From: a virus | Taxonomy: Duplodnaviria > Caudoviricetes | Virus record (IMG/VR): IMGVR_UViG_3300025137_005045 | Reading direction: 5' to 3' (one strand) | DNA length: 64,000 bases | In this document: one piece after another, positions 40,001 through 49,056 of the stretch | Position numbering within the stretch: the stretch's first letter is position 1 | Layout of the letters: each line of letters starts with the position of its first letter | The notes under the pieces: generated by a model | What the model saw: the letters and a program-made list of their open reading frames with translations, nothing else | Databases searched by the model: none | Told to the model about the DNA's origin: nothing | Made by a program: the position numbers and the translations under genes

Positions 40001-40449
40001 TGATTTGTTGAATCATTCCAGTTAACTCTAATTCCTGACAGATTGAATCCATTAACGTCTGTTACAGATTCTGTCGTTGACACTCCTAATACTTTTAAGT
40101 AACCTTGTCCTGCTTCGTTTCTTTTTGGACTATACCCTACTAGATTTGCTAGTTTGACCACTGAGTCTCTTCGCTCTGCAGTGTCAATAAAGTTTTCACG
40201 AGCATTTAGATCATTTCTAAATGCAAGACCTTGACCCATAAAGGCCATTAAGTCTAATAGTGCAATAAATTCACTTGACTCTGTGTAGTCGTTAAATGTT
40301 TCTGGATAATATAGTCGAAGATAATCTACGAAACTTTTTCTTAGAGTTTCGAAATCATAACTTTGAAGGTCAGCTTCACGGAAAGTCTTATACAGTCTTT
40401 TCCAGTCTTCTGCTCCGAATATTGCTGTTTGTCTTGTAGTCTTAGCCAT
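37048..40449 (-). CDS. gp6: Baseplate wedge subunit, T4 gp6-like
   Basis: YDFETLRKSF..Y..E.FNDY.ESSEF..LLDLMA..., ENFIDTAERRDSV..LA...GY.P; QNRMVNGEDY; follows the gp25-like gene. Confidence 0.8.
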   Translation of the reverse strand: MAKTTRQTAIFGAEDWKRLYKTFREADLQSYDFETLRKSFVDYLRLYYPETFNDYTESSEFIALLDLMAFMGQGLAFRNDLNARENFIDTAERRDSVVKLANLVGYSPKRNEAGQGYLKVLGVSTTESVTDVNGFNLSGIRVNWNDSTNQDWYEQFTSIVNATLADSQRFGRPGNTQSILGVTTDEYELNVVDGFLPVVPFDGTVDGTTMSFEVVSATSANKTYIYESSPQPNAPMNVLYRNDKLGFGSANTGFFFYFKQGGLISQDFSVAERISNRTVDINVEGINQSDVWLYEVTNTNTLTEWNKVESIYGVGATPATEGQQRTVYSVTAGTNDQVQLRFGDGVFSKVPVGTFRTFVRQSNGLDYIINPDELQNITISIPYISRNGRNETVSFVLGLQQPVTNAKQRDTLDDIKTRAPARFYTQNRMVNGEDYNNFPFTQFTSILKSKALGRSSIGINRQLDLLDPTGKYSSTNTFASDGMFYRSFTTPNFTFTFVDTNDVAAVISNQLESTIASRPMVHFYNDKFVRPSYASTDIIWQQSTASTNSSSGYFKNAAGNPIAVGEIATSNTRFIEQGGLIKIEPPTGYFFDANNRLKVGTPTGANEKLVLWVTVSSLTLDGTNFGVGNLDDGSGPVVLNDFIPTGAIPTEVIPKFVTDIPAATETLMIAQVELYRNFGLGYDNTTSTWYIISSDNLNQDAEFSTDFAKNTDRLQQDASWLVQFTTDGSIYTVKYRTLNYYFASVTENRFIFDSNDAIYDPKTGRTVNDFVNVIKINNKPDSNASLTSDIKLDIIGQEVETDGFVDNFKVLVSYADSDSDNIADNPDIFEDIVAPKTNVTTKVAFLQRTTDFDNLERFVPIASGTVDILYATLDAIELAKTEYIDGQIFYASTDKKFYKLTVVGTTYTLTETTEYQYYTGRQDLHFQYKHNSSNSKRIDPAITNIIDLYLVTSSYYTQYQNYLKDATATVTKPLEPTIDELSIAYATLQDFKMVSDNVILNSVKFKPLFGNKSATELQGDIKVIRYTDSVVSTSEIKSRVVEALNEYFTIDKWDFGDTFYFSELSAYLHSELGDIVSSVVLVPKDPTKSFGDLYEIRSAPDEIFVNAASVENIVVIDALTSSALRTASNSGII

Positions 40450-40470
40450 AGTATTCTCGTTGTTATCAAG

Positions 40471-40478
40471 TATTTATC
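40471..40478 (-). promoter_or_regulatory. T4-like late promoter GATAAATA
   Basis: Intergenic, 22 nt upstream of the gp6-like start. Confidence 0.6.
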
Positions 40479-40501
40479 ACTTTAGATAACTACGTATATT
40501 A

Positions 40502-40876
40502 TTATACTATACTAGCTGTTTGAGTTTCTTGATTAAAGAAAAGGCTTAGTCTTTGCTTTTCTGTTGTGGATAGCACTGTAACAAAAAGTTCTACCAGTAC
40601 ACCATTTTGCTGTGGGTATACCTGTAGATCATCTACTTTAACTCTAGGGTCTTGCTCAACCGTTCTACGAATTTCATGTTCTAGGTCTTTCATTGTCGAA
40701 TCGGTCTGAGGTTCAAATATTAATCCCCATACATTAGTTCCATAACTAGGATTACCTAACTTTTCGCCTTGTTTGATCAAAAGGCTATTCAGCACATCAC
40801 GTTTAACTAGTTCATAATCAACCAGTGTAAACTTTTTGCTGTTATCAATTGTAGAAAATCCAAAGTATGTTGCCAT
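40502..40876 (-). CDS. gp25: Baseplate wedge subunit, gp25/GPW-like
   Basis: LVKRDVLN.L....GEK...P.YGT..W.LIFEP; DPRV; 124 aa, between the gp5-like and gp6-like genes. Confidence 0.85.
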   Translation of the reverse strand: MATYFGFSTIDNSKKFTLVDYELVKRDVLNSLLIKQGEKLGNPSYGTNVWGLIFEPQTDSTMKDLEHEIRRTVEQDPRVKVDDLQVYPQQNGVLVELFVTVLSTTEKQRLSLFFNQETQTASIV

Positions 40877-40881
40877 GCTAG

Positions 40882-40889
40882 TATTTATT
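40882..40889 (-). promoter_or_regulatory. T4-like late promoter AATAAATA
   Basis: In the 16-nt gap upstream of the gp25-like gene. Confidence 0.55.
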
Positions 40890-40892
40890 CAC

Positions 40893-43121
40893 TTAATATT
40901 TAGGTTTTGGGATTTTATCGTTATTAATTAACGCATTGCCTGCACTATCAATACCTGTTCTATCCGTTGTGCCAGAATATCCGCCGGGACTACCAAAGCC
41001 ACTTAGATCAGGAGTAATTTTTTCATCTACAAATTGAACAGCATATTGAGCATTTCTTGCTGTTTGTTTAATACCATTGGATATTGTAGTATTTAAATCT
41101 AGACCTTTGGCCCATCTTGTAGTATTATTGACACCGTGACTGATGGACGCATTTAACAATGCTCCTAGATCGTTGGGAGATTCAGTTCCCTTGATCACTC
41201 CGTTTGCTCTTAATTGACTTACGTTGGCCACAAACACATCTTGAACTGCATCTTCCTGTAATGTTGCATTATTAAGGAAGGATGTTAAGTTTGATACTCC
41301 ACCTTTGTTTGTCCACACTGTGGAACTAGATAATACTCTTTCAAGTTGCGTAGTAGTATTACCATAACTATCGGTGCTGGTGCTTGTTGGATCTGTTAAG
41401 AAACGATCTAGTGTACCTGGAGTTAGGTATCCTGCTGATTCTAATTGTTCAGCACTTAAACCAAATTGTCCTAGTCCTTTGTCGGTACTAAACTCATTGA
41501 ATCGTTGTGCAGTATCTTTGGACAGTTGACCCATGATACCAGTAACTTGATCACTGTTTAGTGTTTCAATGTCACCTGACGCTTTATTGATCGCAGTAAA
41601 GTCTTTTAGCTCAATGCCCTTAGGTGAAAATCCTGATACTTCTGTGATTGCCTTTTGTGTAGCTGTTGGTAAAGGTGTTTGTTTAGCACCACCAAAGTTA
41701 ACTGAGTTTGCTACACCTAAATTATGGAACGGCCACGGTTCGTGTGTAGGAACTCTGGTATTGATAGTTTCTAGTTTGCCTGTTTCACTTTGCCATCCTG
41801 TACTACTATTGAATGTGCTGTCGCTTACTTTATTTTTTGGAATTGCTGTAGCTGGTGATACTGGAATGCTACCGCCTGAATTTAATGCAACACATCCTGC
41901 TGTTAATGATAGATTATCTCCTCCATCAAAACTTCCAACCTTACCTGCATCCAATGCCAGTGTTTGGTCTGACCTTACACTTATTTTTAATTTACTATAT
42001 GCTTTTAGTTCACCTTCAGCCCTAAGATTAATAAATGATGATTCTAAATTTAACTTTTGTTTACCTAACATGTTGATGTTTTGTCCGGCATACATGTTAA
42101 TGTCTTTATCGGCATGTAAATTAATAGTGCCCTGTGTTCTTACATTAACAGAATTAGTTGAAAATACATCTACTGTACCTTGTGAACCAAACTCTAACCA
42201 CGACTGTCCATTGGCATGCGTGATATAAAAACAGTTGCCATCGTCACTCATCGTGATTTGATGACCTTTAGCAGTTCTGATTCTAATTAATTGATCGTTG
42301 CCTTCAAGATCACCGTCATCCATAACAAGAGTGTGTCCACCTCGACGACCAATGACTTTTATTTGATCTTGAGTGACTTCACCTTTTTCTAATTTACCTT
42401 TGATATCTGTTTCACTGAAACCACCTGCATAGATAGGTTTACCTGGAGTGCTTACTCCAAACACTGAGCTTGGACTTTCTCTTTGACTGCTTGATGATAT
42501 CGGACCTCTTATACTGTCGTCGATCAGTCCTTGTTGAAAAATTGAATATGCGTGTGTTGAATGGATAGGTTTAGCTCTATCCCAAAATCTACTGTCCTCA
42601 AATACTTCAGGATTCTCTCCATTGATTTCTGTAACAGGAACTGATCCTGTATTACTGTAGAAACTTCCTGCCGCGGCCCCTTCCTTGTCAAATTTCGGAG
42701 AGCCTGCAATACCAGGAATCATATGTCCTAGTCCTGGATCAGGAACACAACCTGTGTAGTATCCTTGATTTGGATCACCGTCTGCAAAGAAACAAAATAC
42801 CTTGGTTCCCACGTCCGGTGGAGTAAACCACATACCGTATGTGTGTCTATTTCCTACAAAATTACCTGTACCATCGTTACCGCCTGCATGTTCTGTTGCT
42901 CCGTAGAAATGAGGTAAGTAGTTAACCGTTCTCCAATTTGATTGATCCTCTGGATTTTGACCGCCAAATGATTCAATATAAACTCGTAGCCTACCAGCTC
43001 GTGTAGAGTCTACTGTGGATTTAACTAAGCCGATGAACGGTCCAAATTCTGCAGGGACTCCTCCCTTGTCAAACTTGTACGCTGTTCCTCGACCTCTATT
43101 TCTTTGTATGTTTTCTGCCAT
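40893..43121 (-). CDS. gp5: Baseplate central spike, gp5/VgrG-like (OB fold, beta-helix, extra C-terminal domain)
   Basis: GRLRVYI..W..V.Y..., YGMWFTPPDVGTKV.CFF.DGDPNQGYY.G; GHTLVMDD, GHQITMSD, SWLEF repeats. Confidence 0.75.
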   Translation of the reverse strand: MAENIQRNRGRGTAYKFDKGGVPAEFGPFIGLVKSTVDSTRAGRLRVYIESFGGQNPEDQSNWRTVNYLPHFYGATEHAGGNDGTGNFVGNRHTYGMWFTPPDVGTKVFCFFADGDPNQGYYTGCVPDPGLGHMIPGIAGSPKFDKEGAAAGSFYSNTGSVPVTEINGENPEVFEDSRFWDRAKPIHSTHAYSIFQQGLIDDSIRGPISSSSQRESPSSVFGVSTPGKPIYAGGFSETDIKGKLEKGEVTQDQIKVIGRRGGHTLVMDDGDLEGNDQLIRIRTAKGHQITMSDDGNCFYITHANGQSWLEFGSQGTVDVFSTNSVNVRTQGTINLHADKDINMYAGQNINMLGKQKLNLESSFINLRAEGELKAYSKLKISVRSDQTLALDAGKVGSFDGGDNLSLTAGCVALNSGGSIPVSPATAIPKNKVSDSTFNSSTGWQSETGKLETINTRVPTHEPWPFHNLGVANSVNFGGAKQTPLPTATQKAITEVSGFSPKGIELKDFTAINKASGDIETLNSDQVTGIMGQLSKDTAQRFNEFSTDKGLGQFGLSAEQLESAGYLTPGTLDRFLTDPTSTSTDSYGNTTTQLERVLSSSTVWTNKGGVSNLTSFLNNATLQEDAVQDVFVANVSQLRANGVIKGTESPNDLGALLNASISHGVNNTTRWAKGLDLNTTISNGIKQTARNAQYAVQFVDEKITPDLSGFGSPGGYSGTTDRTGIDSAGNALINNDKIPKPKY

Positions 43122-43126
43122 ATGTC

Positions 43127-43134
43127 TATTTAAT
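43127..43134 (-). promoter_or_regulatory. Late promoter variant ATTAAATA
   Basis: In the 15-nt gap upstream of the gp5-like gene; the same variant is at 59874-59881. Confidence 0.45.
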
Positions 43135-43136
43135 GC

Positions 43137-45728
43137 CTATGCGTCTGGAGCCGCAGATTTTAATAATGATGAACCAGTGCCCAATGGAAATGTTGTATCT
43201 TCAACTTTTGTTAGTTTTGCGTCTGGTATTTCTTCAACAATAGCTGTTCCTATTTCTACACTAGCTTTAAATTTAGGAGGAAATTCTACCATAAGACCTT
43301 CAAGCACTTGTGTAAACATTCCTTTACTAAATTTATTCTTAACAGCAATAATTTGGTATATTAATCCATCAGTCTTCGTTCTGAAACTTTGATCAGAACT
43401 TTTAAGTAGTATTTGCTTAGGCTTTGCTTCACCTGTAGTTTCATCATAGTCTTCAATGGTTTTATAGAAAACTTCGCAGAATACTTCTTGGCTGTCATAG
43501 TTTACTGATCCATCCTCTAAGTAAGGACCAAACTCTTTACCTGCTCGATAAAAAATATCACCTTGTTGAATGAAGTCAGGATCACCGTAGACTGTCATTT
43601 CCATTTTAGCAAAATCAACCGGTGAATATAATACACTGGCCGCTCTGGCCGCTTCTTCTGCTGATTTTCCAACACCGTTTTGAGTGTTTTGGTCAGGTGG
43701 TCCAACTGCACCTGGAGCTGGATTATCTGCCGCCTCTCGATCATCTTCCGCCTTTATCCTGGCTTCATTTGAAAAATTTGGACTCAATGATGTATAATAT
43801 AAGGCATTAAATTCTACTTCATAATCTATTACTTCTGTGTTTTCTCCAGTAAACCAATAGTTGAATTTTTTATGTACTCCTCTAAATCTGTCCTTAGGAA
43901 ATGCCGGACTTTTGGTATCAGTGACCTGTTGGGGAGTTATAATTACTTCAATGCTGTACGCATAATCTTTTCTAATTAGATCATACTCAAGAGGTGTCAC
44001 TTTTGTAGTAAGTTTATACCAGGCCAATACCTTATTGCCGGTTTTGTTTTGCCAGTTTCTGCTAACTACATCGTACTGAACCGTTTGCTGATTAGTAATA
44101 TACTGACTAGTTTTTAATATACCATCAATGCTTTGTTGTAGTTGCTGACCTGCTGTTACACTTACCGTAAATGTTTCTTTTTCAACTTGACCTTGAGAAT
44201 CAAGCAGATGGGTTGGCAAAGTTGGATCTACACTGGCTGTTCTTGGTTTAGCAATACCACCCGGTGGCATTACTTTTTGCTCTCCTATGTTGCTACCTTC
44301 AAAAGTAACTTTATATTCATCAGGAATACCTTGTGCTTTTTTGTCAACATATGCTTTCTGTTGTTTGTTTAAGGCATTAATCAATCCAGTACTAATTACT
44401 TGCTTACTTGAGGTATTTTCTCTAAGATCACTGGTACCATTAAACAGATCTTGTAATGTTTGTCCTCTTATTTCAACCTGAAACGGTATAGTTGCACGTT
44501 TTTGACTTAGTGCTTCAAAGTGATTAACAGGTAGTGCTTCACACACATATTCAACAGGACCTGTAGCGGCTCGTGTAGTAATATTAGCAAACTTAAAAGG
44601 AATAAATTTTTCATTGATACTGTTTCTGTCTGATCTATTGTTATCAAACCTATCTGAGTCTACTGTTGATTGAGAACTGATTTGATTTCCTTCTTGATCA
44701 TAACCGTGAAATCTAATTGTCATCAGATAGTGTTGTTTAACAAAGTCCAATGTGCCAAAGAACTTTTCAGTTGCATTTTTTAATCGTTGGATGAATGTGA
44801 ATCCATAAGGCTCAATGATCTTAAAATTTAATCTTGTTTGATTGGTCGCTCCTCTTACTGCTCTAGGCATTAGACTTTCCAATTCTAGATCTTCTATAAA
44901 GTAGTCTAGGTCAAAAAATTCATTTCTAATGGCTCCGTTTAGGTCAACTTCACCAACTGGACCTGCTCCACCACTTTGTATTAATAAACTTAATCCTGAT
45001 ACTGTTTTAATTTCCTGCTCGCTCATTACCTTAAACTGTTCTGGAGTCATTAGATATATGCTTATCTGATAAGTGTAAGATGCCATGCCAGCCAATGAAT
45101 TTGTTGTTGTTTTTATGTCTTGTTCAAATGCACTAGGATATTTAACATCACCTTGTCCTGTTAGTCCGTTACCTGTACCGCCTTTATCTTCCTCAAAGGT
45201 CCTCTTTGCTCTATCCTCACTTGCTGTTCCTGAAGGGCGTTGTGTTTCTGTCTGATTAGCATTTGTTCCTGGAGGCACAGCTTGTGAATTTAGTTCAGGA
45301 CCTGTTTCTGGATTTTGTGTTGCGGCAATACCTGCTCCGCCTGCCTTGTCATCTGTTGCAATTAAACCAATACTGTCAGTGTCAGTTTTTTCGCTAGGGC
45401 CTAATCGACCTTCACCTAGTGACGCTCTAATTGTGTCTAAGGCCGCTTGAGCCGTTGCTTTGGCTTCGCGTGCTTTTGCTACAGCATCAATCACCCGAGT
45501 ACCGTATACTAGATCAGATTGGCCATCTCTGACTTCCCCTCGATTTAAAAAACTTGTGACAGCATTTAGTGTGTCGATAGCCTCTGCTTCTAATGCTTTT
45601 CCTGCTGTTTCTGTTTGATCGACGGTACTAACATAGACATTGACCTGTTTAGATATTAAGCCAGCTCTATCACTAAGACTGGAAGATTGATTTTCGTACT
45701 GGGTAGCTTGAGCTGTTGTTACCGCCAT
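43137..45728 (-). CDS. Putative baseplate hub protein (gp27-like position)
   Basis: 863-aa ORF between the gp53-like and gp5-like genes; the call rests on synteny. Confidence 0.5.
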   Translation of the reverse strand: MAVTTAQATQYENQSSSLSDRAGLISKQVNVYVSTVDQTETAGKALEAEAIDTLNAVTSFLNRGEVRDGQSDLVYGTRVIDAVAKAREAKATAQAALDTIRASLGEGRLGPSEKTDTDSIGLIATDDKAGGAGIAATQNPETGPELNSQAVPPGTNANQTETQRPSGTASEDRAKRTFEEDKGGTGNGLTGQGDVKYPSAFEQDIKTTTNSLAGMASYTYQISIYLMTPEQFKVMSEQEIKTVSGLSLLIQSGGAGPVGEVDLNGAIRNEFFDLDYFIEDLELESLMPRAVRGATNQTRLNFKIIEPYGFTFIQRLKNATEKFFGTLDFVKQHYLMTIRFHGYDQEGNQISSQSTVDSDRFDNNRSDRNSINEKFIPFKFANITTRAATGPVEYVCEALPVNHFEALSQKRATIPFQVEIRGQTLQDLFNGTSDLRENTSSKQVISTGLINALNKQQKAYVDKKAQGIPDEYKVTFEGSNIGEQKVMPPGGIAKPRTASVDPTLPTHLLDSQGQVEKETFTVSVTAGQQLQQSIDGILKTSQYITNQQTVQYDVVSRNWQNKTGNKVLAWYKLTTKVTPLEYDLIRKDYAYSIEVIITPQQVTDTKSPAFPKDRFRGVHKKFNYWFTGENTEVIDYEVEFNALYYTSLSPNFSNEARIKAEDDREAADNPAPGAVGPPDQNTQNGVGKSAEEAARAASVLYSPVDFAKMEMTVYGDPDFIQQGDIFYRAGKEFGPYLEDGSVNYDSQEVFCEVFYKTIEDYDETTGEAKPKQILLKSSDQSFRTKTDGLIYQIIAVKNKFSKGMFTQVLEGLMVEFPPKFKASVEIGTAIVEEIPDAKLTKVEDTTFPLGTGSSLLKSAAPDA

Positions 45729-45729
45729 C

Positions 45730-46035
45730 TTAGAAGCCTAATGCTGTTTTAAGAGTCGAAATCTTTGGTAAGAATATTTTTGTTCCAACCTTAAAATCAT
45801 AAATTGGATCCACTATTGAGTTTGGATTACGCTGTGAAAATACCCACCATAGCCCTGGATCGTCATATAAATCTTGTGCCAGTAGGTCTGGTCGATGCTG
45901 ATATGTAATTGTTACTGTAAACATCTGATCATCTACCTGTTTAGGAATTGGTCTATTCTGCATCACTCCAAGATAATTATCCTGAACCTGTGATGTGAAA
46001 TAAGGCGATGTTGATGCGTATTTTACTTTAGCCAT
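45730..46035 (-). CDS. gp53: Baseplate wedge subunit, gp53/LysM-like
   Basis: HRPDLLAQDLYDDPGLWWVF..N....DPIYDF..G..I.LP. Confidence 0.75.
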   Translation of the reverse strand: MAKVKYASTSPYFTSQVQDNYLGVMQNRPIPKQVDDQMFTVTITYQHRPDLLAQDLYDDPGLWWVFSQRNPNSIVDPIYDFKVGTKIFLPKISTLKTALGF

Positions 46036-46943
46036 TACCAGAACCCTCTTCTAATACCTTGTCCTTGTGCATAGTCAGCAACGCTGAACTCTTGACTTGA
46101 ACGCTTACGACTAACAATTGGATGTAGTGTCATTGTTAATTCTATTTTAGTTGGAACATAGCTAGAATTTTGTTGATCAAGTCGACCTGTGTTTGATCCG
46201 TAATATCTATTCTCTGCACCCTTGCTAACACCTTGACTGAATAATTGTAATATTCTTGATAAAGGACTTTGATAACCATTATTCTGTACTCTCTTTTCAC
46301 CTAAATCAATTGTGGCATTTCCTATGCCACTGGTTCGTACATAATCAACATCCTGTGGTAGAATATAATTAAACTGCTGTATCACACAGGGATGGTCATT
46401 AAATTGATTTTCTCCAAATCCGTCTAAGAATACTAGCGGAGGAGGTGTTCCTTTGTCTTGATCCTGGCCATAACGCATTTTTGTAGCTGATTTGAAAAAA
46501 TGTATTGCGGCCAACAAATAGTCTGCTTCTTTGGTACTTTGTGCCGTAAATGTGCCTGTGATTTGTATGTCACTGATTTCACTGCTTTGATAAAAGTACT
46601 GAGCATAGTTTGAATGTGTTGGTGCTGTTTTATTATAGTTGGCTTGATAATTGATCATCACCTGCGGAGTATACGGAAATATAACACCGTCTGTGGATTT
46701 CAGTGGATCCAGTATGCCGGAGTCACCTGACTTGTATAATGCCTGACTGCCTGGAGCTAGGCGTACACGGAATCGCCAATCACTGGAATCGTTGTCCTCA
46801 GCTCTTATGTTAGCTTGATCCTGAGTATTATTTTCAAAACCATAATTAAAAGCATTCTCTGGTTTGTCAGTCAGTATAGGAGGTACCACCGGAGCTGGTT
46901 CTGTTGTACCAAACGGACTAGTTGCTATATTATCTTCTGCCAT
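46035..46943 (-). CDS. Putative baseplate tail-tube initiator/cap (gp48/gp54-like position)
   Basis: GVIFPYTPQV...Y..., IQITGTFTAQ, PPPLVFLDGFG; first gene of the baseplate block; the call is mostly syntenic. Confidence 0.5.
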   Translation of the reverse strand: MAEDNIATSPFGTTEPAPVVPPILTDKPENAFNYGFENNTQDQANIRAEDNDSSDWRFRVRLAPGSQALYKSGDSGILDPLKSTDGVIFPYTPQVMINYQANYNKTAPTHSNYAQYFYQSSEISDIQITGTFTAQSTKEADYLLAAIHFFKSATKMRYGQDQDKGTPPPLVFLDGFGENQFNDHPCVIQQFNYILPQDVDYVRTSGIGNATIDLGEKRVQNNGYQSPLSRILQLFSQGVSKGAENRYYGSNTGRLDQQNSSYVPTKIELTMTLHPIVSRKRSSQEFSVADYAQGQGIRRGFW

Positions 46944-46964
46944 GTCTTTTCCTTATTATAATAC

Positions 46965-46972
46965 TATTTATT
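46965..46972 (-). promoter_or_regulatory. T4-like late promoter AATAAATA
   Basis: 22 nt upstream of 46943 at the strand switch. Confidence 0.6.
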
Positions 46973-47013
46973 AGAATAATAATAACCCACTATAATAGCT
47001 AAACCAAAAAAGG

Positions 47014-47041
47014 TTGACAGGGGCCTTATAGACTGTATAAT
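47014..47041 (+). promoter_or_regulatory. sigma70-type early promoter TTGACA-N16-TATAAT
   Basis: Perfect -35 and -10 hexamers upstream of the gp55-like gene (SD TAAGGAG follows). Confidence 0.8.
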
Positions 47042-47070
47042 TAAGTGTATCAATAAGGAGAATCATAAAA

Positions 47071-48006
47071 GTGGCTGAAGAACCTAAAGTAGTAACAAGA
47101 ACTGGACGTAAGGTAAACTATCTAAACAATAGAGATATCCTTAAAGAAATTCATAAATCAAAAGCAACCTATTGTACATTCTTAGACAAGGACACACAGC
47201 ATCAACAGGATGCCATTGTCTACGATCTTGTTAAAATTAATAAGGCAAGAATTAAAGAAGCTAAAGCAGATAGAATCGATAGACATAAAAGAGCAAGTGG
47301 TGAAATACTAAAACCTAGCGAAATTGCTGATACCAGTTTGGTATTTCGATTAATGACCTGGGAACATGTTCCGTTGGTAGATAAAAAACCTACCAAAGCA
47401 CAATTAAAGAAACGTGCTAAAATTGAAGAAATGTTTGATGATATCGAAGAGGCACGGGATCAAGAAGATTACGGTATCACTGACCAAGTGCATACCAAAT
47501 GTAATTTTCCTCCTTTCCAACACTATATGATTACCGAAGATGGCACACCGTATCTGGTAGGTAAAAGTCACTGGAAGGGTGACTTAGAGACAGGTGAATT
47601 TTCAAAAGATCATGGTTCAATGACCCCAAAACTAGCACACATGTTTATTAAACTGTGTGAGCGTTATGCTACTCGATCAAACTGGCGTGGATACACATAT
47701 AATGAAGAAATGCGTGGACAAGCATTGTTGCAACTATCACAAATTGGATTACAGTTTGATGAAGCTAAGTCACAGAATCCATTTGCATATTACACAGCGG
47801 CAATTACTAACTCATTTACACGTATTCTCAATATTGAAAAGAAAAATCAATCAATACGTGACGATATCTTAGAAATGAACGGATTGAACCCAAGTTGGAC
47901 TAGACAAAACAGTGAAGTAGATGCTAAACTAGCAGAGAAGCACAACGCACAACAAAAAGCAGACACTGAAGCTAAAGAAAAAGTAAAAGAAACAGAAACA
48001 AAATAA
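47071..48006 (+). CDS. gp55: Late-transcription sigma factor, T4 gp55-like
   Basis: NYLNN..IL.EI, NWRGYTY.EEM, LQFDE.KS.NPFAY.T....NSF.RIL..EKK; precedes gp47/gp46 as in T4-type genomes. Confidence 0.75.
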   Translation: MAEEPKVVTRTGRKVNYLNNRDILKEIHKSKATYCTFLDKDTQHQQDAIVYDLVKINKARIKEAKADRIDRHKRASGEILKPSEIADTSLVFRLMTWEHVPLVDKKPTKAQLKKRAKIEEMFDDIEEARDQEDYGITDQVHTKCNFPPFQHYMITEDGTPYLVGKSHWKGDLETGEFSKDHGSMTPKLAHMFIKLCERYATRSNWRGYTYNEEMRGQALLQLSQIGLQFDEAKSQNPFAYYTAAITNSFTRILNIEKKNQSIRDDILEMNGLNPSWTRQNSEVDAKLAEKHNAQQKADTEAKEKVKETETK

Positions 48007-48029
48007 CTTATTAACTCCTAAGGAAGGTT

Positions 48030-49046
48030 ATGAGTAATCTATTTAAGAAAGCGGCTATCCTGACAGATATACATTTTGGTTTAAAGTCAAATAGTCAGCT
48101 ACACAACGAGGACTGTTTGAATTTTGTCAAATGGTTTGTCACTAAGGCCAAAGAAGAAGGTTGCGAAACCTGCATCATGATGGGCGACTGGCACAACAAT
48201 CGTTCCGCTCTCAACATTGTTACACTTAACTACAGTCTACAAGCAATTGAATTACTAGGAAAGTCTTTTGATAGGGTATTCTTTATTCCTGGTAATCACG
48301 ATCTATACTATAGGGACAAACGCGACACTTACAGTGCGGCATGGGCCAAACACGTTCCTAACATTGAAATAATCAACGACTTTTATAAAGAAGGAGATGT
48401 GCAGTTTGCTCCCTGGCTGGTAGGTGATGATCATAAGAAAGTTAAAAAACTTGAAGGCCGTTATCTTTTTGGTCATTTAGAACTACCCCACTTCTTTATG
48501 AATGCTATGGTGCAGATGCCAGACACTGGTGAAGTACAGGGAGAAGACTTTCAGGGATTGGAGTCTGTATACACTGGTCACTTTCATAAAAGACAACAAA
48601 AGAAAAATATTATCTATACTGGTAATTGCTTTCCCCACAACTATGCTGATGCAGGTGATGATGATCGAGGTATGATGGTGCTAACTTGGGGTGAGAAGCC
48701 TAAGTTTTATTCGTGGCCAGATCAACCTAGATACAGAGTTTACAAACTTAGCGAAGTACTTGCGGCTCCTGCAGATCTATTACATAAAGGTATGCACACC
48801 AGAGTAAACATTGACATTGATATCAGCTACGAGGAAGCCAGTTATATACGAGAAACATTTGTAGGTACATACGGTCTACGTGAACTTACCTTAATACCAA
48901 TTAAGAATGTAGACCTATCACAGGATGTTGAACCCGGACAGTTGAAGTTTGAATCGGTGGATACTATTGTTACCAATCAGTTAACTAATATCGAAAGCGA
49001 TCATTACGATCCTAAAATGTTATTAGAAATTTATAGAGATCTATGA
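48030..49046 (+). CDS. gp47: Recombination endonuclease subunit, gp47/Mre11/SbcD-like
   Basis: Metallophosphoesterase motifs DIHFG, GDWH, GNHD, GHL, GHFH. Confidence 0.9.
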   Translation: MSNLFKKAAILTDIHFGLKSNSQLHNEDCLNFVKWFVTKAKEEGCETCIMMGDWHNNRSALNIVTLNYSLQAIELLGKSFDRVFFIPGNHDLYYRDKRDTYSAAWAKHVPNIEIINDFYKEGDVQFAPWLVGDDHKKVKKLEGRYLFGHLELPHFFMNAMVQMPDTGEVQGEDFQGLESVYTGHFHKRQQKKNIIYTGNCFPHNYADAGDDDRGMMVLTWGEKPKFYSWPDQPRYRVYKLSEVLAAPADLLHKGMHTRVNIDIDISYEEASYIRETFVGTYGLRELTLIPIKNVDLSQDVEPGQLKFESVDTIVTNQLTNIESDHYDPKMLLEIYRDL

Positions 49047-49056
49047 TTACTAAAAT

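Noticed and set aside
41569-42228. 219-aa antisense ORF in the gp5-like gene, and the many other antisense/shadow ORFs in the track
   Set aside because: Antisense shadows of well-supported genes, with no SD or family motifs.
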